A stretch of DNA of 60,662 nt, filler included, from Basidiobolus ranarum (taxonomy: Eukaryota), in NCBI GenBank assembly GCA_040143965.1. It is 10 parts of 10 records of this genome, joined end to end, with 100 filler letters (N's around TTAATTAATTAA, not from the genome) between each part and the next. Parts side by side here need not be neighbours in the genome. Positions count along the whole stretch, not along the records: positions 48,639 to 54,601 come from JASJQH010008327.1; positions 54,702 to 60,662 come from JASJQH010008328.1; 8 more parts are not named here. The stretch is one strand, 5' to 3'. The notes under the pieces are model-generated. The model ran no database searches and was not told the origin of the DNA. It worked only from the letters and a program-made list of their open reading frames with translations. A program made the translations under genes and the position numbers. Positions 51,440 through 60,662 of this stretch are shown piece after piece (position 1 is the stretch's first letter; each line of letters starts with the position of its first letter).

Positions 51440-52735
51440 GGTTTTGATCCATATACAGCTTTGAATGGAGTAGAATTTTCTAGCAATCTTGCTGGGCTTA
51501 TGTTTTTGATCCAGACTTCAGTGGAGAGAGATTCAGCCCAATATTGGTAATCTAACTTCTAATCATGTAACTTTGATCTTGCCATCTCCACTTTGGTCCT
51601 ATTAGCACAGACTGCAACTCTATCTTGTTGTGGAAAACAAGGGACTTGTTCTTTGTGATAGTGCCAGATTGTGCTATATATAATATATGGGATAAATTAT
51701 TCTAAAATTTATGCGGCACAATTAGGCACTTTCCATCACCCTCTGGCATGAGCAATTTCAGTCACACTTACTCTAAAATATTGATCAAAGGTCCAATAAA
51801 TCCTGGTACAATGGAACAGGTCCAAGGTAAAGTAATTTGTTGTTTAATTCCATGATTGGAACAAAAACTAGTAAAGTCTTTAGAGCAGTATTGTACACTG
51901 TTATCACTCCATAGTACCCTTGACTTTTGTGCTGATTGTTTGCCAGCCATTGCTTTGTAGTGCTTGAATGTAGCTAAGGCTTCAGATTTTTATTTGACAA
52001 AGAATATCCAAGTATATCTTGTATTATCATCAATAATGGTCATAAAGTAACTTTTCCCACCTAGTGAGATGTTTTCCATGGGCCCACATAGGTAAGAATG
52101 AATCAGGGCAAAGTTCAGAGTAGATTTGATCTCTCCAGAGCATCAAAATGGCTGTCTTTGATGTTTTCCATATATGCAACCTTCACACAGACCCAACTTA
52201 GTGATATTTTCAATTTCTAAGCCTGAAACAAGCTGATTTTGGATCATTTGGGTCAGTTTTTGTCCCCAAAATTTCAATAGTGCTTCCAACCTTGCTAAAC
52301 ACAAATTTAGTCCTTAAGTTGTTGCCTGGCTTACTGAGAGTAGATTATTGGTTATATTTGGTACATAGTGTACATTATCCAATTTTGCCTATGATGTAGC
52401 TTAACTTTAGTCTAAATTGAGCACAACTGTACCCGTATTAACAGCATCAAGTGCATAATTGTCACCTAAGTAGACATTCCTTGTTTGGATTGTTTTGAAG
52501 CTGGAAAATCAATCTTACTTGTTTGACATATGCTGAGTAGCTGCTGAATCAATGTAACATGTTCCTGGGTCTACTTTAGTTATTAAGGATAGAGCAGACA
52601 CAGAGAGATGATCCCTATCAGTGCTTACTTGCTTTGCTTGTTCCTATTTTAGCTTTTTACCAAAAATCCTTTCTCTGCAATCTTTTATTATATGGCCTAG
52701 TTTCTTGCAATATTTGCAGATGATTGCTTTTCTAT
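51440..52735 (-). mobile_element. Second degenerate copia element: gag zinc knuckle, protease, integrase
   Basis: CKYCKKLGHIIKDC; YIDSAATQHMS; NVHYVPNITNNLLSVS; CEGCIYGK; LIHSYLCGP..IIDDNTRYTW..KSEA; SDNSVQY; PQQDRVA..NRT; STPFKAVYGSKP, cut by LTR-C. Confidence 0.88.
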
Positions 52736-52744
52736 TGGTATGAT

Positions 52745-54300
52745 AGGAAAACTTTTTGGTGCTTGTGTGGATATTAGTGTTGGTGGTGCAACTAATGAAG
52801 AAGAATGTAATTTATTCAACACTAATACAAATTGGTCAAATACAACTATTAACACCAAAGGATCAACAAATAATTTGCCTAAAGGTGTTAACAAAGGTCT
52901 TTCGAACATTATATAATTTTCAGGAAATAGTTGTTTTGCTGCAACCAATGGTAGCTCTAATAATTGGAATGTAGGTGGTTTAGAGAGTACTAGTATTAAG
53001 GACACAATTGCTGATTCTATATTTAGGAATATTTGGAACTCTCATACTATTAATTGCATCTAAGACCTATGGAAACAGTAATACAAACCCAACCAGTCAT
53101 AGTCAAGCTCCATCTACAATTAATAATGTTAAATTTACCAAATCCAAAGACAATCCCAATGCAAGTGGCAGTGAACATGGCAAAACTAATAGCATCACTA
53201 ATAGTATGACAATCACTAAAACTCTTGAAACTGCTTATACCGCTCATATTAATCCTAGTGGTTGTAAAGCAATGGTATGCTTCCCAGCAGTCAAGATTAT
53301 GACTGCTCCTTATTTATGCATTAATTTTGAGCAAGAGTATGATGTTCATATTCCAACATGTTGACAAATCTCAAGAGTAATACTGGTAAGTTTTCACGTG
53401 TATGGGGAATTGTGGATTGTAAAGATATGTTGAGAATTGCAGTGGAACCTTTCCTATGAGATACTACAATCATGGCTGCTGATGATGCAAACAGTATCCA
53501 AAGTGGTAGAGTAATCACAAAGTGCAAATCAATCAGCACTCATAACTCTCAATATAGTCTGAAGTTAGAGACTAATGGTAATCTAGTGTTATTCAAAATT
53601 GTGGGAAACTGGTACTCATTATCTCATTTATCATCTATTTCAAGCCCATAGTAATGAAAAGGGACATTTCATCCTGGAAGCAAAGAATATTTTTGTCAAG
53701 CTCAAATACAGAATGGTTCAATGGGTCACCATTTGGTCAACTGCTCCTGTTACTTGTAATTACACAATTGGTGTTCCTAGAAAACCAGATCAGGCCTGTA
53801 ATTATTATCATTTAATATTGGAGGCAACTGGTAAAACTAATTTATATGGTGCAGCATTAGTAAAGTCATGATGCAAAATTAATACATCCAGAATGACTTG
53901 TAACAATCATTTTGGGTATAAGCAATCAGAAGATTACCTGGTTCCTACTGATATGATACCCACTGGTCCTCCAGCTAAGTACTATGATTTCTGTAATCAC
54001 ATTGCCAGCAACATCAATTTATCTGAAGGAAATTTAGTTTCTGTTAACAAATCATGTATTAGTTGCTTGCCCAGCAGTAACATATTTATTTCTCTAAATG
54101 GTTGTTTCAAAGCTATTCTTTACAATACTGGTAACTTTGTCATCAAGGATGTAGCTAGAACAATGTGGTCAACATATACTGGAAACATGAATAATACAAA
54201 AGGACCTTGCAAGATGGGATAAACTCCTTATGGAGATCTTGATGTTAAGGATTTGGGTACTAAATGCTGGTTGTGTTTTGAAAGTCTGGTGCCTTGTGGT
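52745..54300 (+). pseudogene. Decayed gene with bulb-type (B-) lectin repeats
   Basis: ISTHNSQYSLKLETNGNLVLF/LWETGT; TIWSTAP..YHLILEATGKTNLYG; FISLNGCFKAILYNTGNFVIKDVARTMWSTYT. Multiple stops and frameshifts. Confidence 0.5.
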
Positions 54301-54477
54301 ACAAGCAGTAACTCCCAAAGAGGAAAATATGAAGTATGGTGACTGCATCTGAACACAAAGTCTAAGGCCAATCAGTTGCCTGTATAGCTGAAATGCCAAA
54401 GTACCATACATTAACAGACTAGGTTAAGGTTCCCTGGCAATAAAGGCATAGCATACAAGATAGGCAATAGCATACAA

Positions 54478-54550
54478 GGACTGGTAGCGCAGTTGTTAGA
54501 GCATCTTACTAGAGTTAAGGAGGTCCCAGGCTCAAATCCTGGCCAGACCA
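54478..54550 (+). tRNA. tRNA-like element / pseudo-tRNA (loop reads anticodon AGA but with a short variable loop)
   Basis: 73-nt cloverleaf GGACTGG-TA-GCGC-AGTTGTTA-GAGC-A-TCTTA-CTAGAGT-TAAGG-AGGTC-CCAGG-CTCAAAT-CCTGG-CCAGACC-A. Mismatches in the acceptor and D stems; D-loop GG and T54 are altered. Confidence 0.65.
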
Positions 54551-54701
54551 ATATTTCTCCCTAAATAATTTAAATATTGTGGAAATCAATCAATCTATTT
54601 GNNNNNNNNNNNNNNNNNNNNNNNNNNNNNNNNNNNNNNNNNNNNTTAATTAATTAANNNNNNNNNNNNNNNNNNNNNNNNNNNNNNNNNNNNNNNNNNN
54701 N

Positions 54702-55166
54702 TTCATTTTAATTTTCTAAACTTGATAATTGGTTCCATCCAATTTTTCAGGAGAGGGAAAAGTTCCTTAAATTTTAGAAGTAGACTTTACAGAGAGTGCA
54801 AGCTCAGGCCCCATAACCTGTTAAAGTATTTGGGAGCTTGTTGGAAGTGGTTTGGAGAATTAGAGGAATTGGTGGTTTTCACTTATTGTTTGACGGAGTA
54901 GAAGGTTGTCATTTATAGTTTTGTCCCAATGTAAACAAACCAATATGTAGGATGTGCTAAGGAAGGTCCTGGGAACATGTGTGCAAAGTTTGGGGCTTCT
55001 AGCACAAGTTTGAAAAATCTATATATCTGAGAACTTCTAAGTTAGTGTCAATATTCTAAGGAAATTCCAATTGAGAATAATAGATACTATCTTAGTGAAT
55101 TACAAGATAACTAAGTCCCAAGCTATATATGACTATATAGATGCTTAGGCAAAGCTAATTTCAACA
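54702..55166 (-). mobile_element. Copia 5' end: LTR-A (54819-55166), PBS (54807-54818), gag start
   Basis: Minus strand reads ...TTTAACA GGTTATGGGGCC, then GTFPSPEKLDGTNYQV*KIKM. Confidence 0.9.
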
Positions 55167-55180
55167 ACATCTTAGTGAAA

Positions 55181-55471
55181 TATAGCTCAGTATTCAGTTA
55201 TTCTATTTCTCACTAAGGAATCACCCACTTCTTTCAATTAAATATTACTGAGAATATTTCAACTTACTGAGAAGTTTACAGATATTTAGGTTGTTCAATC
55301 TGGTGTATAAATGCTGCTGGGGCCTTCCTTAGTACATTCCACATGTTTGCTTGTCTACCTCTTAACAAAATAATAAGTTGAAATTATCAAATCAATAAGT
55401 TGATATGCAAAAACCACCAATTCTTCTAGTTCTTCAAACCACTTCCAACAAGCTCCCAAAATGCTTTAACA
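55181..55471 (+). mobile_element. 5'-truncated degenerate LTR-A
   Basis: tatagctcagtattcagttatt...ccacttccaacaagctcccaaaatgctttaaca aligns with LTR-A. Confidence 0.75.
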
Positions 55472-57529
55472 TATTATAGGGCTGACTGAAAAATTGCAGA
55501 CAAACTGACAAAACCCGAAGCTAATTATAAATTTAACTGACTTTGATATAATTGATGACAAAGTTTAGCAAAAATATATAAGAGAAACTAAGTGCATATC
55601 AGGACATGTGCTAATTGGCAGTTTGTTCAAATTTTGTTTAATTATTAAGCAATCACATTTTCAACCTGGTTTTAGTATTGCTGTCTCTATTAGAAAGACC
55701 AACTTGATTGCTTCAACAAAATCTATGCTCCTCTTAAAGCTCATTATTGAAAATATACATCACTATGGTGCAACTGTACTGCCAAAATCCTCACTGTAGC
55801 ATCATGGTAAAGTATATATGCAGATTTCGTTATTACTACAAAAAAATACCTTGTCTCTTTAGACTGGTAATACATAAGCTTTCTTGGAGGCCTTTGAGTA
55901 CAATAATAATAAGTGATCTTATAAAACTTAATGGAGGTGATTATTTTGAATATATATGTACTGTATACAGAGAACTCTGGTTGAACCAGAAGTGTTTGAG
56001 CTGCCCAACTAATATTTGAGTGGACCATTTTATTCCAACAAACTGTTTAGTCATCAATGAAGCATGAATTTAAGATAGATATGGAATTTCAAAGAGCTAA
56101 CAACAACATGCTTCAAAAGTTAATGTTACCATCAGCAACCATATAGACACTTGTTCCATCATATTTACTCCAATTCTTGCTGCAATATGCAATATATGGC
56201 TGCCTAATCAACAAATGGATCTCATAATCAAAGCAACTCCGTTGGTTTGTACTTCTTTGGGTTGGGATTTCCAAGTCAAAAGGTGATAATTTTTAAATAT
56301 TTCTTGTCAGTCATTTGTGAGGTGAGCGCTAAAAGGAGGTGCCATTACCGGTCAGTTAGTCCTGCATATCCAAGGTATCCAATACACTATAGTATATCAA
56401 TTATTATCTCACACTAGTGACAACTTTCCAGCTGCCACTCAATCTATATATTTATTACAACTTGCCATATCACAATTATTATTGTCAATCTTGGCAATCG
56501 TCGAATTGGGTGATATTTGCAGTAGAAATATGAGTGATTATCTGTAAAGCTACCGACTGGAGCCTATAAGCTACTAGAAAAATGATCGATTAGCAAAGAA
56601 GTTCTATGAAATGAATCGGTGTGAGCTTGCAAGGTATGTCGCCATATTAAGATATGTACACAATTGAGAGCAATATTGGAAGCAATTAGCAGAATTGCGG
56701 TCAAAATATTGGTGAGAGTACTATGCAGGGTTAATTTGTATCACTTTGTAATTACAGATTCAACTTGGCTAAGAGAGTCATATATGCTCAAAATATATTC
56801 AAGTATGGATTTGGCTAACGAATGTTAGCTGACGTAGATGTGCTGCATGATATCGTTAGGTGTTAAAATATGACAAATAAGATAGAGATTGTAAACGCCA
56901 ACAAATGGATTGATTACTATACTGCCATTGTTTTGGCTTAGGATTGTAGGAAAGTTGAATGAAAATGTCTATTGATTAACCAAAGTAATCGATGCAGAAC
57001 CGGTTCAAAATAAGAATGTGCCAGCTTCCAAGAAGGCCCAATCTAGTACATCCGGTCCCATTCTGTACGACTGCTCCCTCCAATTCTATAGGAAACCTAT
57101 AAAATCTCTACCGACAAGCCACAAAATTGTATGCTTCCAGAAGTGCTTGTCAGCATCCAATATTAATAGTGGATTTTACTACCTTGAATCTACTCAGAGG
57201 TTACTGTTGCTCCAAATTATGTTTATGCTCTGTATGAAAAAAGCACATATACGAGCTCATAAAATAAGCTCTAGAGTGCAGCAGTGACATCTCATTTGAG
57301 CCCGGCTGAAATCTCCCACCAGCCGTAAGCAGTGGATGCGGTTGCGGTTGCTAATCAAAAACAAAGATGGAATATAATCTTCATCCTACGATCGTCTAAT
57401 TAGCTTCCAAATACGTTATAATTGGGTGCTGTCACAATCCTAAGCGCTAATCGAGTCACTCGATTTGGCAGTGCGTTCCAGCTGATGCTGATTTGGAATG
57501 AGATATGGCATGGCCACAGTAAAACTTTG

Positions 57530-58600
57530 CCAAATTACATGACATTTGAATAAATGCCTGGATGAGTGGATATTGATGGGAGTCTTGGTAAAACATGATG
57601 GTATCTTGATGTTTTCAAGTATTTTCCAAATCAACTCAAACTTTGATCCTATCTCAAATGGCTCATTCTTATTGAATTTTCCACTGCAAAGCTGAGTAAG
57701 TAGTATTGAAATATTGTTGAATAGTAAGTGCATAGTGCCTAATGGCAAGCTCTAGCACCAGCTAATCCCCTTTAGCAATATAATCTTAGGCTTATGGCTA
57801 ATACCAAGTTTGATGTTAGACTGACTATTGGGTGAATTGATATCAGTGATCATGTTGAAATCTGACAGGGCTCTTGATATAAAATCATAGAGCTTAGCTT
57901 TGCATTTGGATAGTAGCAATTTGTATGCCTGATAGAGCAGACTCCTTTGATTTGACAAAATATTCAGCAAGATAGTGTATTATGCCTGCAAAAACCTACA
58001 AGTTTACTGATAGTGGGAGTGTCACCAGTACATACAATGATATTAGCTTTAATAAAATATTCCCCCATCTGAACCCCATGAGAAAACCATTCAAATTCCA
58101 CAATCAAAGGCTCTAAGAAGCTATCTATAAGCTCTGTTGATTCAGGTCCAGATATGATGGATAGTATCAAAATATGATGATTCTTATACCATCCAGAAGG
58201 AGGAAGATTTATGTTAATCAAAATTATTGCCAGCAAGCCTTTCTAACAGTATATTTGTTTAGCAAGAAACCATCCAGAGCCAATGCAAATGCATGATCAT
58301 ACATGTTCTCAAAGAAACCTTAACTTTTCAGGTTCTGGTAGTGATATCAATCAAGTAGATTGGTAATACCATCAGCTTTACGGTGAGTACTTTGTATTGG
58401 ATCAATGATCTAAATATGGGTGATTTCATCAAAACTTCAAGATGGGGAATCAATGGTATGTAAGCCAAATATGAACATTATTTACCTTATTCAGTGATTG
58501 CCGATTGTGCCCAAACAGTACATGACTTCAGGTTTTTCACATCACCAGTGAAAGCCAAACAGCCATTTGGACATGAAGCCAGTTTAATTACTGAAGGATT
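57530..58600 (-). mobile_element. CACTA/En-Spm (Tnp2, Transposase_21-like) transposase relic; element probably extends about 55700-60662
   Basis: SCPNGCLAFTG; YIPLIPHL; AFALALD; IILININLPP..HILILSIISGP..DSFLEPLIVEF..GV..GDTPTISKLVGFCRHN..C; GTMHLLFNNI; IPSCFTKTP. Stops and frameshifts throughout. Confidence 0.8.
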
Positions 58601-59437
58601 ATAAGTCATTCAATTGACAAGTGCTTTCCACTTATACCAGGTCTGTGGCAAGCAACAGTTGACAATCCACTGTGGGAAAAGTGTAAGAAAACTAAATACA
58701 AACCTGGCTGCCAAAACTGGATTGAAATCTCCACTCCTAAATAATCAAAGCTTCTTCCTTTACAGTAAGTGTTATGAAAGGACTAATGCTTGCCGATAAC
58801 AAAGAGTCAGTAACAAAACCATCATTGTCTTCTTCAACTTCAGATATTCTACCATCAGTACAGGAATAACCCAGATCAACATCAAGCAGCATGTCCTCAA
58901 AGTTGTCTGTACATATTGGTTTGACCACAGTGGCATTTCCATCTATATCTTTATGGTCATATAACTGTTGTAACTCCACAGTATCTTGACTTTTGGCAGT
59001 GTTACCAAAACTCTGTGGCAGAGTACAGTCAGTGGACTCAGTGGGCAAAGCTAGAGTCAATTTTGTGCACTTTTGAGTGCTGATATTCACTAGGCTTTGT
59101 ACAGCTGGTGGCTTTGTACAGTGACCATGCTTGTGATCATTTTTTCAATGAAGCATCTGGCTTTCATAGCACAAGAATTTGTGACAAAAATAGCAGGGCT
59201 TCTTTAAATGTTTGTGTTGTGGCACAAGAAGGATATTGTTGAAAACTGAACACCTCATACATAAGGGTGGTATTTTAGGTATAGCCCATCAATATCATCA
59301 GCTGATTCTGAGATGGTGTCACAGATGAGTCAGCAGGGGATTTACAAGATATTTCCAGTAATGGAAGGCAATTTTAGTTTATCATAAGCTGCTTCTAAGC
59401 TATTTTGTTACACCAAGTTTACAATCTGAAAGTTTCA

Positions 59438-60400
59438 ATGCCATTCAAAGAGCATTCAAAATCCAAATCTAAATTAGCTTCCAAGCCAAAGCCTGCTAGC
59501 ATGAAAGGAAAAAAACCAGCAAGAATAGAGGACTTGATTGATGAGCAGTCTAGCAATCCACTATCCACTTTGGAAGGCATTAACATGCTGGAAACTAACT
59601 CAAGTAATGATGAAGCATTAATCAATTTACCAGATGTGTTCCTTTCAAGCAATAGTGCAAGTGAAGAGATTGTAATCCACCAATTATGCAGAAAATCAAT
59701 AGTTGAGCAAAGTTCAACCAAAACACCATCAAGACCATGAACTTCCAAAATGGCTACTTTGTCCACTGTTGATCAACCCTCTGTAGAAAATTTGGATAGA
59801 ATTATTACAGCAAGGGAATTGCAGGCAGAACACCACAACAATTTGTATGCAATCATAAGTAAAAACTATGAAGTTGCTATACAGGCCATGACAGGCAAAA
59901 ATGCCATAATATTACAGTTAATGCAGTGTTTGGAAGCAACTAGCCCTAACAAAAAAAATTTAAATTTGCAATTCTTACTATTTTCAGCCTGTTTTACAAT
60001 GGTATTATGCTGATATTGTAACAATTTTCTTAAGGTTTCTCTGCCAGACTTTTTTTCCTCCCAATTTCTTATGGTATTCCTACCCCTATATTTGTGTTTT
60101 CACTGGTTTTCCTCTGGTATTCATTCCTATATTTTTCATAGGGCTAGTCAATGGTTAGAGAGTGACTCATCAATGATACAAGACCTTCAGAATGTGGTAC
60201 TTGAGCTACAGCAACATGCTGCTCCCTCCATCCATTCTCATATAGGATTTCAATCAATCCAATACCATACATAGAATGTCACTGTGACAATCTAGCCAAG
60301 CAGAATATGTGTTAGACCATTAAGCCTACACAATGACCCAAAATTATGAGGGCACATGAAAGTAGAAATCTCATAGGAAAACCAGCAAACCAAAAGACTC
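59438..60400 (+). pseudogene. Degenerate ORF divergent from the CACTA transposase; possible element accessory gene
   Basis: ORFs 59405-59740 and 59750-60013 are in one frame separated by a single TGA; CpG-poor like the transposase; no recognisable domain. Confidence 0.35.
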
Positions 60401-60662
60401 TGAACGTCAGAGCTGCAGTCACTTGCCCTGATGATGAACAGTTTAACATTTTGGAAACTGTGTGGAATCTTGCCCAAAATCACCTGGATTTGAGCTAATT
60501 GTGGAAAAATCAAAAACCAGGCATTACTCTGAAGGTTCTTGACTCATTTTGTGTGGCTTATCCTGGGTTTTTGCAAGCAAATGGCAATTGGGCTAGTATA
60601 GGCCTATTCATGAAACTTCTCAAAAATGTACGCAATTATTGACTTGGAAAAGAAAGAAAAGC

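Noticed and set aside
51440-51450. PBS-like GGTTTTGATCC after LTR-C
   Set aside because: It is the antisense of the neighbouring integrase (YGSKP), and a PPT upstream marks this as a 3' LTR.
5994-54701. Regularly spaced palindromic TTAATTAATTAA motifs every ~6.08 kb
   Set aside because: Artificial concatenation linkers inside N runs, not biology.
22832-55471. Dispersed ~330-bp repeats as CRISPR-like or ncRNA arrays
   Set aside because: TG..CA termini, 5-bp TSDs, PBS and gag identify them as copia LTRs.

Overview
This window is not one locus. It is ten unlinked contigs of about 6 kb (5993, 5989, 5987, 5983, 5982, 5974, 5966, 5964, 5963 and 5961 bp, sorted by size), joined by artificial 100-nt linkers (N44-TTAATTAATTAA-N44). 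The DNA is eukaryotic and AT-rich with short spliceosomal introns. Gene content (CDK10-like, SAMHD1-like, THOC1, RAD18, DBP3, PTR2, SulP, plus intronless bacterial-type NRPS and ACT genes) points to an early-diverging fungus, plausibly Basidiobolus-like (inference). Contigs 1, 2 and 5 are gene-dense. Contigs 4, 6, 8, 9 and 10 carry many Ty1/copia LTRs and relics and CACTA transposase relics. The most notable items are: (i) a bacterial lipopeptide-type NRPS (starter C + Leu-type A) with a decayed NRPS module (dual E/C type) just upstream; (ii) an apparently obligatory GA-AG intron in CDK10; (iii) a protein built of 30-aa charge-block tandem repeats; (iv) a nest of LTRs inserted into and beside each other, with half-tRNA(iMet) primer sites; (v) a bacterial-type ACT protein and a polyporopepsin-like protease relic; (vi) a degenerate tRNA-like element. 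No multi-gene system can be claimed across the linkers. All family calls come from motif recognition by eye, not from searches.
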